Assembly (NCBI GenBank): GCA_002269645.1
Contig: NIVC01000403.1
Location: 124,001 to 188,000 of the forward strand
Direction: 5' to 3'
Length of the DNA: 64,000 nucleotides
Source: Macrostomum lignano
Taxonomy: Eukaryota
Shown here: positions 49,646-64,000 of the stretch, piece after piece
Position numbering within the stretch: position 1 is the stretch's first letter
How the letters are laid out: each line of letters opens with the position of its first letter
The notes under the pieces: generated by a model
Seen by the model: only the letters and a program-made list of their open reading frames with translations
Database searches by the model: none
What the model was told of the DNA's origin: nothing
Made by a program: the position numbers and the translations under genes

Positions 49646-50629
49646 CCCACTAGCTAAAGTATCGATTTCGTCAATTCTTTTAATATTTATTCCGTAAAAA
49701 TTGCCGAAACAATTTTCAGCATTTCCAGATAATGGTTGCTACTCTTCAAGCAAATAAAAGATTTTTATGAATAAAAAATTGGCCCAAAAAGCAGCAATTG
49801 TATTTGGTACACAATGGCCTGCTACTTGTTGCTGTGCATGCAAAAGGAAAGGCAATATTGAAGTGTTTGCCTCAGAGATATGAGGGGACAATCAGTGAAT
49901 AATTTCCATCTCATCTCAGTATCTTTGGGAAGTCTGTTTGCTGCCTGCCTCTTTAGCAGACCCGAGGGGGGGGGGGGGGTTGGCCGGTTGGGTCAGAAAA
50001 AATTGCCAATCAAACAAACTGATTTATGATTGACAATAGCCTCTGGATAAAACACGATGCCAGCTCACAACTCGCAACACCTTACCATTTTTTCTCTCAC
50101 CTTATTTTTATTCCCAGCTTACCAGCGTGGGTAAACACAACAGGGATTCTTGTGAGGCACTCTACCATCCTACCAAACAATCCAAAATCTAAGAATCCAC
50201 TTCTGCGCATAGCGCCGCGCCCTCCAAATCCCCTTCATCGTGGGCGCCATTTGCCCGCAATGCATTCTTTCCTGCGTATATATATATATTTAGATTACAT
50301 TCTGCAGCCACTGCTCTGGGAATCGGGCAGCTGGACTTGCCAAAATTTTGAGCATTAATATTTTTTCAACAACTGAACGAAGGAGGGGATGAGGAGGAGA
50401 AGCTGAGGGTGAGAGAGGCGGAGCGACTCGCTAGGGGCGGGGCAATTTGCAGTTTTTACAGCTTAGGGATAAAAATGTTTTGTTAGGCGCCACTTTTTGC
50501 CTCATACTGGACTTTTTTATTCCCTTTTTCCCTATCAGTGGTGGTCGCCTGGATAGAAAGAGCTACTGCTGTTTGTTGCTGCTGGCTTACCGAGCCGCAT
50601 CTGGGGATTCGAGTTCAGGACCACCAAGG

Positions 50630-51722
50630 AGACGGGGGCACCCACCTAGGAGACAGGGGGCACCCACCTAGGAGACAGGGGGCACCCACCTAGGAGACAG
50701 GGGGCACCCACCTAGGAGACAGGGGGCACCCACCTAGGAGGCAGGGGACGCCCACCTAGGAGACAGGGGGCACACACCTAGGAGACAGGGGACACCCACC
50801 TAGGAGACAGGGGGCACCCACCTAGGAACCAGGAGGAACACACCTAGGATACAGGGGGCACCCACCTAGGAGGCAGGAGCACCCACCTAGGAAACAGAGG
50901 GCACCTACCTAGAAGAACAGGGGCACCCACCTAGGGAGCCCCCCTAGGAGGCAGGGGTCGCCCACTTAGGAGACAGGAGGCTCCCACATAGGAGGCAGGG
51001 GTCGCCCACCTAGGAACCAGGAGGAACACACCTAGGAGACAGGAGGCACCCACCTAGGAGGCAGGGGACGCCCACCTAGGAGACAGGGGGCACCCACCTA
51101 GGAGACAGGGGACGCCCACCTAGGAGACAGGGGGCACACACCTAGGAGACAGGGGACGCCCACCTAGGAGACAGAGGGCACCCACCTAGGAACCAGGAGG
51201 AACACACCTAGGAGACATGAGGCTCCCACCTAGGAGACATGAGGCTCCCACCTAGGAGACAGGAGGCACCCACCTAGGAGACAGGAGGCACCCACCTAGG
51301 AGACATGAGGCTCCCACCTAGGAGACATGAGGCTCCCACCTAGGAGACAGGAGGCACCCACCTAGGAGACATGAGGCTCCCACCTAGGAGACATGAGGCT
51401 CCCACCTAGGAGACAGGAGGCACCCACCTAGGAGACATGAGACTCCCACCTAGGAGACAGGAGGCACCCACCTAGGAGACATGAGGCTCCCACCTAGGAG
51501 ACATGAGGCACCCACCTAGGAGACAGGAGGCACCCACGTAGGAGACATGAGGCACCCACCTAGGAGACAGGAGGCTCCCACCTAGGAGACAGGAGGCACC
51601 CACCTAGGAGACAGGGGGCACCCACCTAGGAGACAGGAGGCACCCACCTAGGAGACCGGAGGCACCCACCTAGGAGACATGAGGCTCCCACCTAGGAGAC
51701 AGGAGGCACCCACCTAGAAGAC
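50630..51722. repeat. 22-bp minisatellite (CACCCACCTAGGAGACAGGGGG)n in the hb intron
   Basis: Directly visible copies, drifting to the GAGACATGAGGCTCC variant on the right. Confidence 0.96.
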
Positions 51723-51837
51723 AGTGATGTTGAATTAATGGTCTTGGCTTAAACCCTATTTTAAATAAAGCTTTGTCTTTTGGGTATTTGATCGCAGGGT
51801 GTGAAAAGCAACAGAAAACAACTCAAGATCATCTCAC

Positions 51838-51960
51838 CTTGCTTGGCAGTATCACGCTGCAGATTTTGCACTTTAACTGACCGCTACCGCTGCCGCCTCC
51901 AGCGCCACTGCCGCCCTCGCCGCCATGGCAACTATCTGAGCAGTTTTGATTTTCAAACAT
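51838..51960 (-). CDS. hb: hunchback exon 1: start codon and first half of finger 1, not in the ORF track
   Basis: My translation MFENQNCSDSCHGGEGGSGAGGGSGSGQLKCKICSVILPSK ends at AAG|GTGAGA (phase 0) and completes the finger CKIC-SVILPSKEEFWRH-RVQH. An in-frame TGA lies 6 codons upstream of the ATG. Confidence 0.85.
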
Positions 51961-52344
51961 CTCTACGAGTGTATCTCAGTTTCTAAATGGTGCCGTATTA
52001 GTGTAATTGTCGTTCGCTTCTCTACATATTTTTCAGATCCAACTGAGTTCCCATTTTTATATGTAAGGATGAGAACTGTTTGCTGAGGCCTCCCACCTGT
52101 GCTCAGGAAAATGGGAGACGAAGCTGGGGGGGGGGAGGGTAGAGAATTTTTAATTTTTTTGGATTGGCAGCCCAGTGCGGATTTGTTAATTTGCTTGATA
52201 ATTTCACTGCTAGAGAGTTGCAGATGGCGCTCTCAGACTGTATCAGTCTGCGCGATAGTCCTGAGAGTCAGTGCTGTCAGCAACATGACTATTAAGGAGA
52301 TTTTAAAGTGTCAGACTGAGATTTGATCTGAGACAAAAGATTAA

Positions 52345-54862
<2,518 letters not shown>

Positions 54863-55711
54863 AGAATTAGGAGCGTAACTATAATTAAGAGTATTTTCAG
54901 AGGAGGCAGAGGAATCAATGAATTATTCTAATATTCGCATGCAACTACTGCCAGTGTGGAAACCAGTAGTAAGTTTAGCAAACGCGCGACGGAACGAAAA
55001 CTGTTTGGCAAGAACTCGAGGTTTGCAAAAGAGAGGCGGGAAAACCTCACTATCTGCACAAAACTTCAACCAACAAAGAATCAAAACTTTTCGATGTCGA
55101 TTTTAGCTCATATAACACGCTAAAAATCATTTCTTTGAACTTTCCTGCCGCATAAAGCTGAGATGTCAAGGCTCACAAGGGATTGCTGAGGTTATTGCAA
55201 AGAGAAACTGTAGTTTAAACGGGTAGTTTATTCAAAAGTAGAATAAAGCCTTGACAAAAGAAGTGTCATGTCAGACATGAAGGAAGCGTAATGTCAAAAA
55301 TAAAAGAAACGTCATGTCAGACATTAAAGAAGCGTCATGTAAAAAACGTCACTTGAAACTGTGTGCTGTGACTCTTGGGGAGAATTACTATGTTGTCAAA
55401 GCTTACGGGGGAATAGCTGAGATGTCAAGGCTCGGGAATAACTGAGATGTCAATGCTAAAGTCAGAAGCTACATGTAGTGTATTCAAAACTTTTTATTAC
55501 ATTAATATTTGTTGGCTCCTCACGGGGGGGTCGCTGATAGAAAAAGCGTCATGTAAAAAAGAAGCGTCATGTAAAAAAGAAGCGTCAAGTCGAAGTTAAG
55601 AGATTCATTTGGGAATCCCTACGATGTCGAGGCTTGCAGGGAATCGCTATAGTGCTGTAGTGCTATAATGACTCTTGGGGGGAATTACTGAAATGTCATT
55701 GCTTTAGGGTA

Positions 55712-55824
55712 TTAGGGTTAGGGTTAGGGTTAGGTATAGGGTTAGGGTTAGGTTATGGTTAGGAGTAGGGTTAGGGTTAGGTTAGGGATAGGGTTAGGGT
55801 TAGGGCTAGGGTAAGGGTTAGGGA
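55712..55824 (+). repeat. Interstitial telomeric repeat (TTAGGG)n, imperfect
   Basis: About 110 bp of TTAGGG units with point variants. Confidence 0.9.
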
Positions 55825-56177
55825 TTTTTTAAGATTTCAAGGCTTATGGGGGCATGAGATGTCAAGGGGGGAGTTGATATGTTAAGGCTTACAAGGGACT
55901 GCTGAGGTATAATGCAAAGAGACGCTACATTTAGTTTATTAAAAACTTGTACTGCATTCTTTTGGCCCTGATTGCTAGTAACATGCTAAAAATCATTTCT
56001 TTGAACTTTCCTGCCGCATAAATAACTGAACTCGTGTCTTTTCTGTCACAAGTCGTGTCAGTTGTGGAAAATAGATTTTCCAGCTTTAAAACGAAACCAA
56101 GACTGTTTAAATCGGTTCTGCTGTTTCGAATATATTGAGAATCAATTGCCAATCTATTCTTGCATGCTCCCTCCAGT

Positions 56178-57165
56178 CAGTGTTCCCTGACCTAAGGCGT
56201 AGCCGGTGCAGAGTTTCCTGGATTTTCGTTCTAATTTTCCTGGACAAGAGCAATCCAATTTTTCCATTTAACCTAACAGATGGAGATCAAAATTGAATTC
56301 GCGTCAAAGTTGTTAGCCCGAGTAGGGTAGTGGGGGGCATTTCTGGTTCGATCGAAGTTTACTTTTTCGCTTTTTGAATTCAAGCACTTGACGCCAAGCC
56401 GAGAGGCCTGTCGAGCGGTGGTTGGGTGACTCAGGAAAACAATGAGTGCCGAGGTGAGGAGATGGGCGTTGGTGGGGGGGGGAGACGCCGTCTGGAGTGA
56501 GTCGTTGTGGGCGGTCTGCCACGTGATAAACAAATTAGCGGGCCCGACAGCTCCAGGTGATGGATTGGGCAGGTTTATTAAAAAGCAGAATTTTCCGCTC
56601 CCAGCTGGCCACACCTCTCTGTGAGCCGTTCTCCCGTCGTCCTCGATTTCCCCTCGGGCTGTGGGTGGGACAGGGAGCCTCCTTCCCCTTTCTCTCTTCC
56701 AATCTTCCCTTGACGTGCCGCCAGTCGCGAAACAACCTGACACAACCCGCCCCGGCAGCCGCCCACGAAGTCTTCTTCTTATTCTTGACTTTACACTCCG
56801 TCAGTTTGTTTTCCTCTCTGCTCCGGTGTTGCAGCGGGCGGGGGGAGATGAGCTCGCCCCAGCAACCAAAGCTCGGTTGAGCAGGTCTCTAGACGAGGAG
56901 GGACGAGAGAAAGAGAGACTAGCCACTCGGTTGCTTCGGCAGACAAGCGACCCCACCTGTCACCCAGGGGGGATGCCCATCCAACAGGGGGAAGTCCCAC
57001 ATCTACATGCTGTAATTCGATTATCTCCCCCTATCTGCATACTCTCTCCTCTCTCCTGTCTGAGTCTCTCAGCCTCCAGCGTCAGCTCCGACCGCTCGAG
57101 TCCTTGAGGCCACTGTCCAGCTCTTAACGGCCTCCCCTGCCTCCTTGTCTACCTTGGAAACACGG
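56178..57165. mobile_element. Possible old non-autonomous hAT-like element
   Basis: Left end CAGTGTTCCC versus the reverse complement of the right end CCGTGTTTCC; flanking 8-mers CCTCCAGT and CATCAAGT match at 6/8. No coding remnant recognised. Confidence 0.3.
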
Positions 57166-57282
57166 CATCAAGTTTCGACTGTATTATAGCTGTCTCTAAG
57201 TTGGGCTTATCCTTGGCCTGACTCAGACTGGTTGAACTACAGCGGAAAAAGCATCCGCCATGGGGAAAATCTGGGATTAAAG

Positions 57283-57735
57283 ATGTGGGAAAACTTCAGA
57301 AGATTCCCAATGAGGATGTGGGATAACTTCAGAAGATTCTCAATGAGGATGTGGGAGAACTTCAGAAGAATCTCAATGAGGATGTGGGAGAACTTCAGAA
57401 GATTCTCAATGAGGATGTGGGAGAACTTCAGAAGAATCTCAATGAGGATGTGGGAGAACTTCAGAAGAATCTCAATGAGGATGTGGGAGAACTTCAGAAG
57501 ATTCTCAATGAGGATGTGGGAGAACTTCAGAAGATTCTCAATGAGGATGTGGGATAACTTCCGAAGATTCTCAATGAGGATGTGGGATGACTTCAGAAGA
57601 TTCTCAATGAGGATGTGGGAGAACTTCAGAAGATTCTCAATGAGGATGTGGGAGAACTTCAGAAGATTCTCAATGAGGATGCAGATAACTTCAGGAGAAT
57701 CTCAATGAGGATGTGGGATAACTTCAGAAGATTCG
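57283..57735. repeat. 33-bp minisatellite (GATGTGGGAGAACTTCAGAAGATTCTCAATGAG)n
   Basis: Directly visible tandem copies. Confidence 0.96.
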
Positions 57736-58270
57736 AAACGAGAATGAGGGTGAGTAATTGAGTAATTCAGCTTCGAAATAGGAAAATTCCAAGTTTACGA
57801 ACAGCAAAGATCGCATAGGAAAGAGGAAAATGAGGATTAACTCAGCGTGAGCAGGGGGGCAATTTCAGGCGGAGATGAGGCCGTGAATTGACCAGGAGTC
57901 TGCGATGGGGCTGCCAGGAGGTGCAGGGCTCACCGGACAGGTGGTTGCAAGGTCCCGGCCGATAAATAATGCATTCGGGGATGCAGAGTCCAATTGCTGC
58001 TGGGAGAGGAAGGCCTGGGCGAGGGAAACTCGGTCTCGTATGGAGGAGCCCCGCTGGGATTTCACGTTGCAAGGGGGAAATGGGAGGGGGGAGAAGTCGA
58101 AATCCTCAACCCTTCAGCCTGTGCATCTCCTTTCCCTTCTTTTCTCTCTATCTATCATGCGGCCGATACAGAATCTATCCATATGGGGGCACAGCATCCT
58201 CCAGTCACCTCCGCTACCTCTTCTTCGATTGCTGCTTTTGTAGCTCAGTTTACTGTTCGGAGAGTATATT

Positions 58271-58760
<490 letters not shown>

Positions 58761-58770
58761 CGGCACAGTT

Positions 58771-60807
58771 ACTTACTTACTACTAACTTACTACTGACGG
58801 GGGGCGCAGGCGCCGCGAATAGGCCGCGAGGCCCCTATCGCAACCCCAAGGTAAAAGAGCACAAGGATTAGCCTTGGGGGTGCGCCCAGTCCCCGCCAGT
58901 AGTCGGCAGGTCCGCAGTGGAGGCATCGGCGACCCTCATCCGGCCGGAGTCCCGGACGAAGGCGCGGAGGTCTCGGATATTGTCCGCGGTGGTCAGCTCG
59001 TCCATCCGCTGGGGGTGGCCGAGGTATTTGTGCCGCGCCTTGTTGAAGTAAGGGCAGAAGGTGACGTGATGCTCCGCGGTCTCCTCTCCTATGCCACAGA
59101 AGGGACAGGTGGGAGGGCAACCGGTTTGCAACGATATATGTCTCTGGAAGAATCCGTGGCCGGTTAGGACCATGCACATCTCCCTGAGGTCGGTTCTGTT
59201 AAGCGAAATCAGATAATCAGAGACTTTCCTGTTCAGGTTAGGCATGGCAGAGCGGCTCTGCCTGTACTCGGTGCAGCTGTTCCAGTGGAGCTGGTGCTGC
59301 TGATGGAGCCACCTGTTGATATGGCGGGTGACTTGCGACCTGGGGGTGGGTAGCCTCATCAGACGGTGGTTGCCGTCTGGGTTGCTGCCCTCCTTGGCGA
59401 GAGAGTCCGCGAGCTCGTTGCCCAGGATGTTGCTGTGACCAGGTGTCCAGATAATTCTAATCCTGTTAAGGACTGAGAGAGATTGCACACTGCGGTGGCA
59501 TTGAGATACTGTAGCAGCGGAGATATTCTCAGTGGTTAAGGCCTTAATAGCAGCTTGGCTATCAGTGTAGAAATTAATGTCAAAATTATTAATGTTCGCC
59601 TGAAACAGTTGCTGGGCACACTGCTCAATGGCGCAAATTTCAGCTTGGAAAACTGAGGTGTTCTCACCGAGGTGCAGACTTTCCTGGAGAAGCATCTTAC
59701 CCTCGTGGAAAATGGCAATACCCGCTCCAGCGCGGCCGTTGAACAGCGAGCCGTCGGTGAAGCAGTGAATGCCCTGGCTGCGCCGGTTCACACCGACATC
59801 CAGCGGAATGTTGTCTCGGCCAGGGATGGCGGTCTTGAAGCCCCTCCTGATGTTGAGGGCGGGAGGTCGACTATCCACATTGCCCAGGTCCATGTGGATG
59901 TTGTTAAGGTCGCGGCGGACAAAGTCCATATGCGGGATTAATGTTTTCATTGGCATAAAGCCAGAGGGCGCGTTATTTAACGTTTTATCTCTGATAAGCC
60001 GGGAGGCAGACTTCATAGCCTCCGCCCTAATAAATAGGTGAAGCGGAGGTAGGTTAAGGATAGTGTTCAGCCCCTCGTAAGGGGTGGACGGGTACGCACC
60101 TGTGATGGCACGGCAAATGCTGCCCTGAAGCTGGTACAGCCGCTGACGGGCGGCCTTCTGCTCCAGCACGCTAGTCCAGATGAGACTCGCGTATGTGATA
60201 CTGGGCCGGATGATGCCGGTATAAATCCAACGGACCGTTCTAGGCGAGAGGCCCCAAGTCGGCCCGATGGCTCTGCGCAGCTGGGCAAAGCAGCGTTTTG
60301 CCCGACCGATGACGTTATCAAGGTGCTTCGTCCAGCGCAGGTCATGCGTTAGCGTCACACCGAGGTATTTGACCTCCTTCTTGAAGGGGATGTTTCTGCC
60401 ATAGACAGTGAGGTTTTTCATCTCCCACTTACGGCGCTTGGTGAAAACGACAGCGACAGTCTTAGTGACGCTGATTTTTAGGCCATGCTGTGTAGCCCAG
60501 TCGGCCGCCTTGTCGGCGAATTGCTGCATCAGGTTGCGCAGAGTGGCGGGGTCGGGTCCGCTGACGACCGCGGCAACGTCATCGGCGTAGCCCGCCCTGG
60601 TGATACTGCTGGGAATGTCAGCGGTTAGAAGTTCGTCCATGACGAGATTCCAGAGAAGTGGAGTTAGCACGCCACCTTGCGGGCCGCCTTTCATCACCGC
60701 CCGGGTGAGGGTAACGCCCATAAGTGTGGATGTCACAAACCTTTTGCGGATCATAAAATAAATCCAGCGAACAATGCTGTGTCTTACATTCCTGCGGGAA
60801 AGAGAAA
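58771..60807 (-). mobile_element. 5'-truncated LOA-like non-LTR retrotransposon of a second family (RT C-half, RNase H, Cys/His motif), reading frame intact
   Basis: Perfect 14-bp TSD GTCTCGGCACAGTT (58757-58770, 60808-60821) and 3' tail of TAG/TAAG units. [40 protein letters not shown] and CPFC...HHVTFC run without a stop to 58868. Confidence 0.93.
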
Positions 60808-61924
60808 GTCTCGGCACAGTTTGCAGTGGCGGCAGCGCAGCAACTCGTGAGAGAGCAAGCCGCACTTCAAAGACACAAAGCGCGCACGGGCCCTTTGCAC
60901 AGCTCAGTGCTCGGTGCTGCTCCCCCCCCCCAATTTCCATACTCATCCCACCGGCCTCTCGCTACCGATTTCTCTTCGGCTCCGCCAATTCTCCCCATTT
61001 TCCATCTCCTCCCGTCTACTCCCCATTTTTTCTTATAGTCGGCCGGTTCTCTCCGGTCAACGAAGCGGATGCGGCTGCTGGTTGGCGGCCGGCCCTCACC
61101 TTCCCCCTCTGGTCGAGTCGAGTGGGTGGGCGCGCGGTAGCGGTGGCGGCTTGTAGGTATGGGATAGGTAGGACTGAGAGACCGCGGGGCCGGCCTCACC
61201 GAGCCCGTCTGAAAATCCCCAGGGAAAGTTTTTGGGGCCTGCGGTGCCGCAGAACTTAAAGCCTGCGGACCACCTCCCCGCTTCTCTCTCGCTCTTTTTT
61301 CAACTGCTCCCCTCCAGTCTCTCCGCTCTTCCCCTTCATCAATATACGTCAGATCTCCAGTGAGCTCTGACCCACCTCTCCCTGTCTCTCTCTCTCCTCC
61401 CGTTCTTGTGCACCAAGGTGGATTCGAACAGACGGGGGTGGCAGAAGTGGAGCAGGCAGGACTTCGGCGAGGGGAATGGGGTAACGAGTGGAAACGCGCG
61501 GGACCTCGATGGGCAATTTCAAAATCAATAATTAACCAATCACTCCTGCAGTCAGTTCCAATCAGTCTGCCGGGAAAAGAAGCTGGAGGGGTGGGGGGGG
61601 GAGTTTTGGCGTTCGATAGGGCTGAGGGCCACCTTAGTCAACCTCTGCCGGCGCTGACCCTGGGGAGGCTGTGGCTTCATTTTGGATGGGATCGGTTCTA
61701 ACTGCGCACTGCTCAGGTCGCGGACTCAGTAGGGGTGGAAGCGACTCACGGATCGAGAAATTTTCACAAAAAATTCAGCACTGAATCGCAAACTCATAGT
61801 TTGGAAGGTGAGGGACTCAAAAATCACGGGTGACGGACTCTAAATTCGGAGGGTGATGGACTTCAAGCTCAAGGATTGTTGACTCTAAATTTGGACAGCG
61901 TCCGTCCACTATCCAAATTTGGAA

Positions 61925-62240
61925 ATCTGGACAGTGACGGACTCTAAACTTGGACAGTGACGGACTCTAAACTTGGACAGTGACGGACTCTAAACTTGGA
62001 CAGTGACGGACTCTAAACTTGGACAGTGACCCCGGACTCTAAACTTGGACAGAGACAGACTCTAAACTTGGACAGTGACGGACTCTAAACTTGGACAGTG
62101 ACGGACTCTAAACTGGGGCAGTGACGGGCTCTAAACTTGGACAGTGACTGACTCTAAACTTGGACAGTGACGGACTCTAAACTTGGACAGTGACAGACTC
62201 TAAACTTGGACAGTGACTGACTCTAAACTTGGACAGTGAC
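61925..62240. repeat. 23-bp minisatellite (GGACAGTGACGGACTCTAAACTT)n
   Basis: Directly visible tandem copies. Confidence 0.95.
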
Positions 62241-62869
62241 ACGCCAAAGCTCAAAGCTCAGAGTTGACGAACTCAATAACAACCAACAGTTTACACAAAA
62301 CTAGTGCTCAATAGCTGAGTCCACTATCAAGCGAGTTAGTGTGGACTTGGCGGCCATCTAGCGAGCGCTGAATACGAGCGGTATAAGCAAGGCCATTTTT
62401 TTAGTCATTTGCACGCTCCATCAGTTGCACCTTGCCTATAGCCCAGGAGACGACTCCCCGAGCCCAGGGAAAGGAATTCCCACGCCAGAACTCGCTCCCA
62501 CATATTCGCTTGGCGCACTGGGCCTGCAGCTTCCCCCCTGATTCCCAAATCCCACCCTAAGTAGAGCATTCCTACTTAGTATTTATGACATCTGTTACAC
62601 CGCTGTGGCTCATTTGGCATGCAGACTGCTAGGCTTGGACCTTCATTGAGTTTGAGAAGCCGCTCATAGCCTCCTGGCACGCGATTTAGCTGCCAGTAAG
62701 TTTGCCAGCTTTGAGTCCGGGTTTGGGTTGCTCATGTTGTTTTTGTGTGTTACGGACCAGCGCACCGAACTAGTGAGTGCTAAATGTAAATAGGTTTATA
62801 ACTAATGTACAAGGTTATAGGTTTTATGCGGTTCTAAGTCTCCTACTAGCAGGAGGGTAGCTTAATGCG

Positions 62870-63030
62870 TAAATCACAGGCTGTTGACTCCTGAACACAT
62901 ACAAGCGCGCCAATACTGTGCGCAGGCACGCACTGAGACACACGCTCACACAGGGTGTACAGCGACCCTGACTTTCTAATCGTCAGGCATGTACATTGTC
63001 TGTGCCTTGGGGGCTGCATGACTCTCATGA
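62870..63030 (-). mobile_element. Probable SINE-like dispersed repeat body (copy 3 of 3)
   Basis: Shares sequence blocks with both 12530-12660 and 34490-34590. Confidence 0.45.
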
Positions 63031-63257
63031 CTGTAAATAATCGCTTGGCAACCCGGCCAATTTTTCAAGCACACAAGTCCCAGATTAATGTGTCCGTTGC
63101 AGAGTCGGACGCGTTTACCTCTGAGCTGCTCTGCCCCAATGATTCACAGGTTTGTCAAAGCAAACCTTTTCCTAAAGGGACTTGGCAAGCAAGCCAAGAA
63201 AAAAATTCAGTTTTGTCTCTATATTTTTATTGTTTTTTTTCCAGAGACTTTTCTCGA

Positions 63258-63820
63258 CTAAGTTTTGTCTATGGTGAAACCTCGAAAACTAAAAAAGAAA
63301 CTGGCAAGGCTGACACAGTGGCATTTAATTTGGTCCCAAACGCTCGTGAGCCAGTCGGCAAACAATTGCTTTCTCGCAACCGTCTGCAGGTGGTCGCGCA
63401 CCCCTGGAATGTCAGCGTCTTTACCAACAATTTTCAGTTGCTTTTCCAGAGCTCTGCTGATAGTCGAAATCTGATAACCAACTGGAACTGTTCCTTCAAC
63501 TTCTGCTGCATTTTCTGCAATATCAACAAATTGTTCGTCTCAACTGCATCGAGTAGCAGTTGGACGGTTGGACCTGAGGCTCTCGAGCAACTTGCCTTGG
63601 CGATAGCCGGCAGTGGTTTCAACGCAATCTTGCAACCTTGCAATGTCCTTAGGGTATTCACCTCTGTCGAGCGCTTCGTTGCAAATGAAGCTATGGACCA
63701 AATTGATGCTTGTTGGACCAATTGAATGCCGCTGTGCCAGCCTTGCTACCATAGACGAAAGCTCCACTTTGGCAAACGTATCTTGGATTAAATTAAATGC
63801 GCGTAAGCCCAAATGGGCTG
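63258..63820 (-). pseudogene. Unidentified protein-like frame of ~185 codons interrupted by a single TGA
   Basis: TTTTATCAG acceptor near 63820. The frame ...FNLIQDTFAKVELSS...TATRCS*DEQFVDIAENAAEVEG...VWDQIKCHCVSLASFFF...KT* is protein-like on both sides of the TGA at 63540-63542. No family recognised. Confidence 0.3.
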
Positions 63821-64000
63821 ATAAAAGCTATATTATATATAGGCAATACAATAAAGTTCCAAAACATCAGGTGGTTTTTATTGAAGCATAATTCAGCAAG
63901 TCAAACAATTTTTATATTATTTTAGCCGATAAGTTTATTTGGAAAAAAGCAATCAAACACAAAAAACAAATTTAAAACAAACGGTTCGCTTTCTTAGAAA

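Noticed and set aside
48770-49650. Single-exon 474-aa hunchback model with an N-terminal SVQCQSQPSQCPF repeat region
   Set aside because: That part is the intronic 32-bp minisatellite. A good acceptor at 49078 and the missing half of finger 1 at 51838-51960 give a better model.
60790-60807. Acceptor-like TTTCTCTTTCCCGCAG at the 5' end of the truncated LINE, suggesting exonisation
   Set aside because: It translates as LSRRNV, which aligns with LCERQT in the other element's RT, so it is ordinary element sequence. Use as a splice site cannot be shown without transcripts.
61730-62559. TAGGGGTGGA / TCCCACCCTA as transposon termini around the 23-bp array
   Set aside because: The match is short and imperfect, and the flanking 8-mers do not form a TSD.

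Overview
Eukaryotic, intron-rich animal DNA. GC-rich exons with Ala/Gly/Pro runs, minisatellite-filled introns and TTAGGG tracts suggest a flatworm such as Macrostomum (inference only). All five recognisable host genes lie on the minus strand: the first coding exon of a MEKK2/3-type MAP3K (PB1 domain), a highly divergent SLC6-like transporter, a nearly complete O-GlcNAcase (7 coding exons reconstructed, start exon not found), a 3-exon SLC10/BASS-family transporter and a compact 2-exon hunchback. Mobile DNA includes a full-length LOA-like non-LTR retrotransposon (ORF1 + APE-RT-RNase H) inserted into a 32-bp minisatellite, a 5'-truncated element of a second LOA-like family with a 14-bp TSD, a palindromic mariner derivative, two small hAT-type MITEs with 8-bp TSDs, an RTE-like relic and a probable SINE family. 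About 20 distinct tandem arrays account for most of the long ORFs in the ORF track. The most notable observations are an OGA terminal-exon splice acceptor supplied by a purine-rich minisatellite, two sharply bounded CpG-free blocks, an SLC6-like protein lacking the TM1 GxGN motif, hierarchical (22/43/822 bp and 9/180/883 bp) satellite structure, and a TTAGGG-containing insert flanked by a 44-bp direct repeat. I found no prokaryotic features and no CRISPR array.
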